This document shows positions 1 to 11,100 of a stretch of DNA of 64,000 nt, in pieces. Every line of letters starts with the position of its first letter. The first letter of the stretch is position 1. Source of the DNA: Phoronis australis (lineage: Eukaryota > Animalia > Phoronida). Under the pieces are notes generated by a model. That model worked only from the letters and a program-made list of their open reading frames with translations. It was not told where the DNA came from and ran no database searches. The translations under genes were made by a program, and so were the position numbers. Where the stretch lies: positions 449,030-513,029 of the forward strand of contig NMRA01000060.1 of assembly GCA_002633005.1 (NCBI GenBank). Reading direction: 5' to 3'.

Positions 1-989
1 CCCCCCCCTCCCCGGCAACTTTTCGCTCCCCGAACCACAGTCGCCGTAAAATGTTCAGACTCCTATAGAAACAACCTTGTTCCGGTTGAAGCGGGCAGTA
101 AAAAAGAAAACCATTCCGGTGGCTAAAAAGGGTACAATGTAGGTGGTAGCGATATCCAGAAAGTCACCCCTACTAGATGGAGTTTTTTGCCTCGCAAAAT
201 CGTATTATTATAACGTTTCTTACCATTGCAGCGTTTTAATACCTTATTACCGCAAACACTGAGGTTAACGACAATGCTCACGCATGCAAGCCTACTCCCT
301 ACCTTTAAAGTGTTTCATAATAAGCGCTCACTGATTTATTAAAAGTCTCCCCTTGAATTTGGAGAATTTCCAATTAAGCGCCCACAGTTCAAGCTAGCGC
401 CCATCATAGCGCACTACAAACGACCGCGTGTGGTTTAAAATTGACACGCAGCTTCATGGTGTGTCACTTTCATTTTACACAACTTCAGTTTTCAAAAACG
501 TCTTTTCACAATATGTAAAAACCAAATCCCGGCTTTGTTTTATACCTCGGAAAGAAAGTTAACACTAGTGACATGCGTGTCGTTTTGTGACTGACCTATT
601 TTTCCCGTACTTGGAAGGTATTGAGGAGCAAACACGCCATTACCCGAGTTAGTTTGAATCGTTAACGACTTTGATGACAGCCAGTAGCAGGCCAGGTCTA
701 ACAAAATCCGGATACTTTTTCAACAGGCGTTTTCTCCCTTTTCACATCGCAAATTTAGCAACTCGAATGCACAAGTCAGTTAGAGAGCACTGATTCAACT
801 TTCACGTCGGCAACTTGCCTTGCGCTGTAGAGTCTTTCAATAGCGATCGTGAAGAACAGTAAGGCCGTACCCGCATGAATGAAGTCAATTTTGAGATCCG
901 AAATTTGTGAGTATTTAACGCTGCAGGTAAGAGCATAATCTAAACATTTTCTCGATGATCTAAAAAATCTATTTTTGCGCGTAAAAATG

Positions 990-1105
990 GCGGGACAATT
1001 TTGCGACCTGACATTTACGAATGCGAGCTGGATTTTGAAAATGCGACCTGGGATTTTGGCTAGGTCGCAAAATGCGACCTGGCGATTTTAATAGCGTCGA
1101 GCCCT
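990..1105. mobile_element. One terminus of a hAT-like DNA transposon
   Basis: Ends ...tagcgtcgagccctg (CAGGGCTCGAC on the - strand) with four subterminal GCGACCT repeats in both orientations; partner end not identified. Confidence 0.45.
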
Positions 1106-1703
1106 GCAGTATATATAGTTTTTTAACAGAACAATTGAGGTTTGCCTAGACTGTTCATAAATCTCACCCTGATCTTTTCTTTATCCTCCAGGTAAGCTTT
1201 GTTGGAATTTGCTGTGGACCAAACCAGTTGTTATTTTCTTCATTATTTTTGTTCTTATAATTTCACCCCTCAGTTTCTATCATCATCATGTCTCACATTT
1301 CTTTCTCAACTGACTCTGCTTCAAGCTCTTGGTCCAGATCCTTCTACTTTCCTGCTTCTACTGATTCTACTTGCATTTTATCAGTTATTCAGTTGGACAT
1401 GATCTCATAGACAAACAGTCAAAGCCTCATTCATTTTGGCTCTCCCTCCACCTATCGGACGGTGCTTTTCAGCTCCTGATGCTGTTGAGGAGTCTGCGAA
1501 GAAATACCATATGCCAACAACACCTCTTAAGACACTGACAGACAAATACTGACAAGACCTATCTAGCTATTTATTTTTTCTTTTCACAACCTTGTAGTTT
1601 AATAGTATTATGTCACCTTTGTTAAAATGTGCATAATTTCCAAGTAGGGTAACATTTTCGCATAGCACTGTTCAAATAATTATGAGTTATAGTATTCTTT
1701 CAG

Positions 1704-1813
1704 GTCCTCGGATATCTGTCTTGGTTTAATATCCATTACGACGAACACGAGGCTATCTACTCCTTTGGCTGATTGATGACTTTGGTCAAAGGGACTTCGA
1801 AGTGCTGGAATAA
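1704..1813 (+). pseudogene. Frameshifted relic exon resembling the C-terminal half of a spindlin (Spin/Ssty) Tudor-like domain
   Basis: ttctttcag|VLGYLSWFNIHYDEHEAIYSF/(1-nt shift)LIDDFGQRDFEVLE*; pattern matches spindlin WFYITYE..LY.Y.LLDDY..GDL as recalled. Confidence 0.55.
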
Positions 1814-1829
1814 CTCAGTGTTACATATA

Positions 1830-2062
1830 GATACTCCAATGACTTATGATAGTCAGAAAGGGTTTGACCCCCCCTTCCTTAAGGACGCCACAAGTCTTTG
1901 CAAGGTACTCCACTGACTTGGTCATTGAAAGGGTTTGGCTCCCTTTTCTTGAGGATGCCACAAGTCTATGTAAGGAACTCCACTGAGCGTCTGTTTACTG
2001 GAAGGTACTCCACTGTCAATTGTCGCAGAAAGGGTTTGGCCCCTCCTTCCTTGAGGATGCCT
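1830..2062 (+). repeat. Degenerate tandem repeat, ~3 units of ~70-100 bp
   Basis: Recurring tactccactga...gaaagggtttggc...ccttgaggatgcc. Confidence 0.8.
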
Positions 2063-3140
2063 TGAGAACTTTATTTATCTGTCCATCATAAATTCTTTTT
2101 TGTGTTCATATCACTTGAGACAATTTTAGGATTATGAATATTGCAGTTGTTGGTTTTATAGCATGAACATTCCTGGATGGCTCATGACAGGGTCTTCATT
2201 TTATTACATTGTTGTGGAAAGTTTATGTAAAAGTTTTATTTATTATATGTCTTTCAGAAGCTTGCATTAAAATGTTCTATTTATCATACTTGTCATCAAT
2301 ACCTTTTTTGCAATGATGTTTGTTTATCTTTGATTTTTATTTAATGTAATTGATTTTGACAAAGTTAAGCCGGTTGCAAACAGCATGATTGTTAAAAACA
2401 ATATCTCAAATAATATCAATAATTTACTCAATCAATTATCAAGTTTCAACTTTCCTGATGAAAAATCTTTAAAATGATACCTTATTTGTTTTTTTCCTGG
2501 ATTAATTGTTATTTTATGAAAATTCGAAATCGCAAAATTGTACGTAGTGACTTCTCTTTGTCGACTGTGTTGACTTTAAGGTCAATATCTTCGCACAGGA
2601 ACGTCTAATCGAAATGGTTTTTTGGCAAATTATTCATCATAAAAAGTTCTTTAAAATGATATTTTGAACTCGCAGATTCAATTTGACAGAATTTTTACCA
2701 AAAATTTTGACACGAAAATGACATTTCCTCCGGAACCACAAGTCCAATTTAAAAAAATTTACTATCGTTATTTTAGTCTTGAAAAGAGCTTTCTAATGAT
2801 GTATATTACATGCACATTTTCTAAAATTTTTAAAAAATGCTGTTCTCCCTACCTATAGGGCAATACTTACATTCGCTTTCTGTACACATTTCGTTACATG
2901 TATTTTAAACGAGCGTAACCCAAATCCAGTTACTGATTTTGAGTTTTCACTCCGTCAAAAATACATTCCACACTTAAAATTATCACTTAAAAAGGCGCTT
3001 AACTTTCTTCATTGGTCCTTTCTACTTCTATACAGTTTAGTTGTGAGAATTAAGGTGACTTTGGCAAAAAATTCCAAGTCCACTTTTTTGGTTGCCGTTA
3101 ACTTTTTCTCCATGCGCGCGATAAACTTAAGTAGGTCAAT

Positions 3141-3320
3141 TGAGTCACGTGAGTTAGGCAAAGGCAAGCGCGAGACTGAGCGAAGCGCGACACTAGCGCA
3201 TGACACTTGCAAAGTAGCATGAGAAGGTATCAGTTGAAATATGTTTCCCTTTTACTCTTTATTCGTCGATATGCGTGATTTCACGTAATTTCCTCAAAAT
3301 TGCACCCGGTAAGAGAAACT
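3141..3320 (+). promoter_or_regulatory. Possible promoter/first-exon region of the ZnF gene
   Basis: CpG-rich patch with TGAGTCA overlapping GTCACGTGA (3141-3152); donor-like sites ccg|gtaaga (~3308) and acg|gtatgt (~4280); inference only. Confidence 0.3.
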
Positions 3321-3321
3321 C

Positions 3322-4223
3322 TAGGCAATGACCATCGCCTCTGTTGGCCCGACCAGAGGCGATGCAGCTCCTATAGGCGCTCCATACGCCAGAAGCTTTT
3401 CGGTGAATTATGCCTCGCACTGGCTGAAGCATGAAAGTCACGTTATAAATACCTTTTGCGTATAGAGGGACACCTTAGGAGGTTGTCGGTGTGTTTAATT
3501 CCTTCCAACTCGAACAAATACTTCCGTTATCGAACTTTTTGTTCGAGCAGTCACTCGTTCAGTTCCCAAAATCGTGAACTCACTATTTTTATACTGCGCA
3601 CGCTCCAATTTTTACCGCGCTTGCTAGGTGATGTGACTTCATGACCTCAATCTTTAAATAGGCCAAAGGTGAGCCATTGCAGTCTTGTCAGTCAAATCTT
3701 CGTTTCCAAAATGCCTCCACTACTTGTCTTGAAACTGATTGTATTTCAATGAATTATTGTTTGCATTTGATAAAAATAAATGCTGTTGATATGTGCACAT
3801 ACTGACATTTTAATGTTTAACAACACGGCAAATGCACAGCTGGTTCCCGGCAGCACGTACGCAAAGGGCGGGGACTTCAGCTTTCAAAGTCCGCCGGTAG
3901 GACCGCAACTTCTGACCTACAGTCTGGTTAAAAGAATGAGGTCATTTCTCTTGGCGTGCGCCGAGGGAAAATGGTGAGTTCACGATTTTGGGAACTGAAA
4001 TAGGGACTGCTCGAAGAAAAAGTTTGATAACGGGAGTATTTGTTCGAGTTGGAAGGAATTTAACACATCGACAACCTCCTGAGGTGTTTCTCTATGCGCA
4101 AAAGGTATTTATAACAACGTGACTTTGATGTTTGAGTCGATGCGAGGCATAATTCGTCGAAAAGCTTCCTAAAGGAGCTGTATCGCCTCTGGTCAAGCCA
4201 ACAGAGGCGATGGTCATTGCCTA
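3322..4223. mobile_element. Non-autonomous Mutator-like (MULE/foldback) element
   Basis: ~260-bp imperfect TIRs starting TAGGCAATGACCATCGCCTCTG; perfect 9-bp TSD GAGAAACTC at 3313-3321 and 4224-4232. Confidence 0.9.
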
Positions 4224-4482
4224 GAGAAACTCAAGCAAACTGCGACAGATTTTCATCAATTTGTTCAAGTTTTGCTGAGTAAATTGTATCCAGAGTCACG
4301 GTATGTGTATAACTCCATATTCCTATATGTATGGTTCATTTGATTTTATTTGCTGTATTTTGAGTTTTTACTGCCGGATGGCGGTTTGTGGACTGATTTC
4401 CATGATATGGATATTAAATGATTCATGAAAAAATTCTGCATTCAACCCTGAGTGTACACTTTTCATGTTTTGCTAAAAATAT

Positions 4483-5827
4483 AATTACTTGGCGGAATTT
4501 TTCCGCCAAGTATGTTGGTCTGACAGCAAATTTTTTTTTTTGTTCGCTCTCTACAGGTCGCAATTTTCGTCCGATTTTCACGAAATTTGCACACAACATG
4601 TAGATCGGGAATCACTGGAACGCTATTGTTTTTGGTCATGATTGGATACAAAATGAAGGACGTGGCGGCCATTTTGTATCCAATTTCACAGTCAAATACT
4701 CGTAGAGGCCGCATTTTTCGACCTACATGGCTGAAAATCGGTACGAATATACTAGAACACATGTGCTACGATTGTGCAGAAAATCGTTGACTTCCGGTTA
4801 AAGATGGCGGAAATATTGGACGTGGCGCATGCGCACCCCGAAATATGGCTAAAAACGTTTTCTCCTGTAGAGGGTGCAATTGCAAACCAATCACTTTCAA
4901 ACTGGTCACGTGTTTGTTGAGTTTAATAAGCTTATATAAAAAATTATTGAACCGGAAGTCACCTTCAAGTTGGCGGCTGTGGGGCATGTTCACACGGTTT
5001 CAATCGCTCTGGTGTCGCATTTTTTATGGGAAGAGCAAATGACGTGAATTTTTGCATGTGGATTCCTTGAAGTATGGCCTTTCAAAAAGTCTGCGAGAGC
5101 GTATTTCTCAGACTTATCGTTTTCGAGTTATTTGACTTTGAATTTCAAAAAAAAACGGCAAATTTTCAATTTTCTCAAAAAATTTTTTGATTTTTGCCAA
5201 ACTACCACTTTAGATAGAGTTGTGAACGGGCTTTCAGGAGATATTTTTCATTTTGCGCTACGACGTCTACTTTTTGAATTATTCGAGATTTTCGAATACC
5301 GTTGTTCCTTCTGTCACACGCAGCTGGCTGGCTTTCAGCTCACTTTGTTTTGGTTATGCCTAGTTGACCCAGACTGACCCATCCAGCACTGTCCTACTGT
5401 AAAGCATGCCTCGTCCGTAATGTTGCGCCATCTATTATTCTTTATTGTAGTTGATTGTATGCTCTATCAAAGTACGTAGAGTTGTGGACGGGCTTTCAGA
5501 CGATATTTTCCATTTTGCGCTACAACGTCTACTTTTGAATTATTCGAGATTTTCGAATGCCGTTGTTCCTTCTGTCAACTATGAAAGGACACTGCTGGCT
5601 GGCTTTCAGTTCACTTTATTTTGGTTATGCCTAGTTGACCCAGACTGACCCAGCCAGCACTGTCCTACTGCAGACTGGACCGTCATGTTGCGCCATCTAT
5701 TGTTCTTTATTGTAGTTGATTGTATGCTCTCTATTTGATTTCTTCGCTAGTCACATGAACGTTATCATGTTCGTCGTCTTTTCGATTAATTCCGCCAAGT
5801 GTCGCTCGTCCGAGCGCTCTCGTTTTT
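4483..5827 (+). mobile_element. Helentron-associated (HINE/DINE-1-like) non-autonomous element
   Basis: 5' hairpin TACTTGGCGGAA-ttt-TTCCGCCAAGTA (4486-4512); 3' subterminal copy AATTCCGCCAAGT (5788-5800) followed by stem-loop CGCTCG-tc-CGAGCG and a T-run; internal degenerate repeats and a ~260-bp tandem duplication (5215-5735). Confidence 0.8.
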
Positions 5828-7613
5828 ACACTTTAATTACCACCTCTCAACTTCCCAACCTTGATTTTTTAAAAAGTGCACACTCAATGTCATCTTCACC
5901 AATCTTATCCTAATCCATTTCAATTAAAATTTAATCAGTTAATTAAGCATGGTCCATCCAGGAGCACATCCAAAAAGGTAGGTTCAGTCAAATTTAAAGA
6001 TCCATGTTGACCTTCACAGAGTACAGGCTTATCTGGAATGTGATTCTTCAACTGTTGCTAAAAAAATCTGTCGATAATTTCCATGAGATACAAAAGATAC
6101 ATTTAGAACTTGGGACAAACCAAGTTGCTTAAAATAGTACATAATATTTCTGAAATTAAATTGAAACTCAAAATGGGGATTGGGCTAAATTTTTGCCATG
6201 TTGTGGAAATACACTTTTTCGCCCCGTGGTAGTGCTGCATGCAGTTTAATTTATTTAAAAATAAGATTTTTCTTTACATCACAGTGAAATCAAAGTGGGA
6301 GTGTCTATGTTCTTACCTACACAAAGTTTCCATTAGCGATGTTCTTATGTAGTGTAAAATGGATTTGAAATTACATAAAATTTTAGGGTTTCGTTGAAAT
6401 TTGTTGAATTAAAAATGTCTACCCTTATTTTTTGTAGTATGTTGTTTATGATTACAGAGACATAATTCAAATCACTGTTCAAATAAATTAAGAAAGTCTT
6501 TGAAATGTTCTGACATTTTCAAAGACATCATTCTGATTTCAAATTATCCTTCTTCAAATTTTGTTTTGAGGTCAAAAGTACTGTCACAAGGTGAAAAAAA
6601 AAAACTAAGTGGATAGTGATATTTGAAATTTGCACTACTCCCTCACTTGCTTAAATACGACATTTTATGATGTGGCTTTTATTTTGTGTTGTTCAGCTTC
6701 TTGGAAAGTAGTCATCTTGTTTTAGAGTAACAGTGGGACATAGTTTTTCAATGAGAGGTCTTTAAAATGACAAAAATTGCCTTGAAATTTTTGAGGGTTT
6801 GTTTGCTGAAAAAATACCAAGGATTTCAAAAATTCAAAAACTAATGCAAATGACAAGTCAAAATCTATCATTTGATCCCATGTTCATGATTGTGTTTCTG
6901 ATGAAATTGGCAATTTGCTTTGCTCACCTTTAACCAAAACATCGTCTGTTAACGTGAAAAACAGCTAGTAACTGCTGTGTGCTAAGCTCACATATACCTC
7001 TGTGCATGCAAAGTCTGGCAGTCAAGCGACACTCACGTTGTTCATTACAGTCGTGTTAGTGAAAAACAATCTAATCAATGGCATTTATCGTGCGTAAGTC
7101 CGTTGTCAACTTGAAAGTAGTGCTCTCGTGACACGAACATGCATCAACTTGAAAGCATTATGCACATGCCCCTATTTGCTATATATGATTTTTGTGACAT
7201 CTTCCGAGAGATGCTATGATCAGCTCTTCCAAAAACAAATTTGCTTAGAAATTCAATTTGCTGGTGTTAAAATACAAAACAAAACTTATAGTGAAGTGAA
7301 GTCAATTCGGATAATTTGGTGACAAGTACACAACCTTGTGAAAGACAATGCATGAGATTGCTCCACAACTTATGATAGAAAAAAGGTAAAACAACATTTT
7401 TTAGAATCTGTTCTAGTAAATATACTTTACTCTATGAAGAATGTCATTTTTAATGACATTAATTTTGTGTCAGAATTTATTTGTCCCACATCGGTGCTAA
7501 GCTGCAGTACTTGAAATCAATTATTTCACTGTTAAATCAGGAATCCAGCTTTTAAAAGTACTTGTGGCTTGTTGCTAATGGCAACACTTTCTTCACAGAT
7601 ACTATCTGGCAAG

Positions 7614-8141
7614 ATGTACAACCGAGGTGGTTATCAACAGTATCCAGCTCCATCTGGTGGCTTTTATCAGAACTACAATAGTGGCATGCCATCCATGTCT
7701 GCTCCAGTCAACTCCTTTCCAGCCAATCAGTCGCATGCACCACCTGTTAGCAGCTATTCCAGCTTCAACACCGCTAGTAACTACTACAATCAGTATGGCA
7801 GTTTCCAGGGTCAAGGACAAGGACATCCAGGTCAAGGACAAGGTCCGTCGTCGTCGCCGTTTCAGAATCAGCCCCAGCAATATTACTCCTCACAAAATCA
7901 ACTGCCAAGTGCTGCACAAAGCTCCTTCAGTCACGGCCAGGTGGCGGTTAGGAATGACCCACGTCGTCCACCGATGGACCGGGAAAAAAAGGACAGACCT
8001 CCATTGCAAGACCGACGATCCAGGTCACCTCATAAATCCAGCGATAAAAACAAGAAATCTAAAGATGAACTCTTCATGGAGTCATATTTGACACCTGGAT
8101 TGAACATTGAAATCCTGCCAAACTCAAAACTTATGTGCAAG
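7614..8141 (+). CDS. ZnF gene coding exon 1 (Q/Y/G/S/P-rich N-terminus, RS-like patch, start of ZF1)
   Basis: Acceptor tttcttcacag ends 7598; ATG at 7614 (MYNRGGYQQYP...); exon ends ...KLMCK|gtacaa. The acceptor implies an upstream 5'UTR exon. Confidence 0.85.
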
Positions 8142-11100
8142 GTACAAAAGTTCTTTGTTCTAACACTTTTTTTTGACACATGTAGGCAGCTGTCTCATAT
8201 CTTTTGTAGTGCATCAGACTTGCTTAAACCACACGACTGGGCCCATTGCACCAAGCACATGATTAGGACCCATCAGCATACTTAGGTTCCTTACGGTTGT
8301 TGTCCTCCAGTATGCCTGATTTCTGAGAAAGTCGCATGACGGATTGTCAACACATTTTGTAAAATGTATTTGCGATGGTCGTTACATGAAATAGCATACA
8401 GTAGTGTGGTATCCCCTCACAGTGCTGTGTTTGCACTTTATTTATTTGACTGCAGCCACATTATTTTACATCAAAATTAGTTCATTCGTTGTTCTAGTGC
8501 CTCAAAAATGTCTACTGTTACACAGTGTGTTACTCCACCTGTTGTTGGATGCAATAAATACGGATTCTTGCTTGAACTGTAACAAGGTGGTGTATTTATC
8601 ATTGGTTTGCTAGGAAGTACAGAGAGAGGGAGGAAGATAGGGATGATGGGAAGGAGAGATGTTTCTGTTGTTGATAATTATAATTTTGTGTTTGGCAAAA
8701 TGTTACTGATTTATGTCATCTTAGACTCGCGCGACTTAACCTTTGTTTTGTTATCTGCTATAGGTGTGCAAGGTATCTTGTGGTACAGGATTGAAGGAAT
8801 ACTTCATACACATGAATGACTCTGCCCATGGACAGGTGAGGTATACACTGTCAGTAAATAAGAAAGTTCACCCACCCTTTTTACCAAGTAGGTAACTACA
8901 CGCAGGACACACTATATGTAATTATGGACCCGGGTGGATGTAAGACACCACGCACCGTTTTACAGTGTGTTTGTACTACTTGCATTCCATGAACCAGATA
9001 GACTGTCTTCTACAACAGCTGTCTTTTTTCTGTGCTCTCTATGCTGTCCACAATGCCAGAATTAAAAGGGAAACCGTCCAGTGCCTAAACCTGTTTTTCA
9101 TAGACCAGAAATACCTCAATCGATCAATCACTGAAAGAAATGCAGCTGTATGCAAAGTGCACTATATGTACCACGTAATGGTTGAAAAAATACGTAGGCT
9201 TGGAAGAAACCTTCGGTTGGCACACTTGAGAAATATTTGCAAAGATGACAGATTTTTTTTTCTGTAGCCATATCCAACTAGAATTGGGCTCTGGTGAATT
9301 GGCTAGCAGTTATCACAAGCCTTATACATTTCGTGACCTATTTTTGAATGTCTACTCAATCTGCTTCTGGTTTATTTGTGCTGCAACGTGAACTTCTTTG
9401 ACCTAATTTTTTTTTCTTATGTTGTTTTTAGGCTGTTTTTTCTCACCTGGTGCCGTATCATTCTGAATATAACCGCAATGTGAGTATGAGACTTGGTTAA
9501 GTGCAGTTTATAATGTACTCACTTTCAGCAGTGTAGTAGAGCAGGGTAATGTTTCACTGTTGCAAAATCCTCGCAAAGAAGAGTGTTTCACGAGTTTGCT
9601 CAAGAGACTGCTAACGTAAAAAATGGCAGCCGGTGTTCAAAATGATTGTTTGGTGAGGTTCAAATGTTGAATTGCTGGATCGAATTCATGAATTATGTGA
9701 TGGGATTCACTGTCTCTGTACCATGAAGATTCCTTGTCTCTAGTGCCTGTTCTCGAGAACACGGCCTTATACTGTCGCTGATGTCTAGTGAGCAAAGTTT
9801 GAATTAATAGCAGTAAGAGGCAGATGTAAGAATTTGATTGTGCAATTTTGAGTAAATTTATTCCAAATTATCAGATTTTTGTTGCTACCAAAGAAACAGA
9901 TGAAGCGCATGTTTCGCACACTAATAATTACTGTATTATTTTGATCTTCACTTTAAGCACTATAGCCCAAATTTTAGAAATAAATTCTTGAGACTAGATT
10001 TCAGGAATAAGATTTTCATGCTACACATTTTGCAGCTGAATACAGGCCTAATCTTTGACATCAGTTAATGCTTTGTAAAGTGAATGTGACTTATGCTAAA
10101 TCTTTGATGTGAAGTCACCTGAACTCGATGCTGCAGCGAAGGAATGGCCAGTGTGTAGAGCTACAGAGCAAAAGTAGTTGAGCTGCAAAATATGTCTTAG
10201 TCATAGACTAAGATAACCCCTAGGATGAGCTGCAAAATATGTCTTAGTCATAGACTAAGATAACCCCTAGGTTCATCTAGACGCCTGCTTGGCAATTTTC
10301 CAAATTTTCGCTTTGAAATGCCTAATGTATGCACGGTTACAGATTCTCAATTATGCACCCCAGGATTTTGGTTCCTCAAGGCATCATATCTTCATAAATA
10401 CTGACTTCAGTTCCATTTCTTTAACTGACGAGCTGCATATTGTCTGCATTATGTTGCGCTTCTTATTCAGGTCTGTCATTAGAAGTGGCTCAGATGAAGG
10501 CAACTTCCTTGTAATTAACCCAAAATCATCAGTTTGTGTAAACACCCACCCCATTTTTTCAAAAACAAACATGCTCGTCTTAACACCTTTTCCCTTAGAC
10601 GTTAAAAACACAGAATGGCCATGTAGGGATTTCTTGATATTTTGACCTTAATGCTGAATTACTTTGTCAAAAAGATTATGTTTACTTGAGCATAAGGCTT
10701 CTTAACCCCAGTGAGTGTCAATCAGTTCAACTTTTCATTTTTGAGTCAGCCAAACGGTTGATATAGTTATTTTAATGTTAAAAACAAATGCCATTGTGGG
10801 ACAGAAACAAGTTTGCTTATGAGTTTAATGTTATTTTGCAGCCCAAACAGTTCCTCTATTGTGAGGTAAGTCATTGATAATGATGTTGATCAGAATCCAA
10901 TTTAACATTGTCTAATCTTCTGAAGAGATTGAATTTAAGCAGTGCAACAGAGAATGATTTATGATTTAATTAGCAACAGTTTTGTGTAACATTCTGAATT
11001 CCAGGACTTCCACGTGTTTATTTCAGATGTCTAATGTTGTTTAATTAATTATAATCGAATGCTCTTATACAAATTTCATGAGTTGCATTATTTAGGTGCT

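Noticed and set aside
8142-8285. C-terminal part of ORF 7569-8285
   Set aside because: Runs past the donor at 8142; the zinc finger is completed only by splicing to 8764
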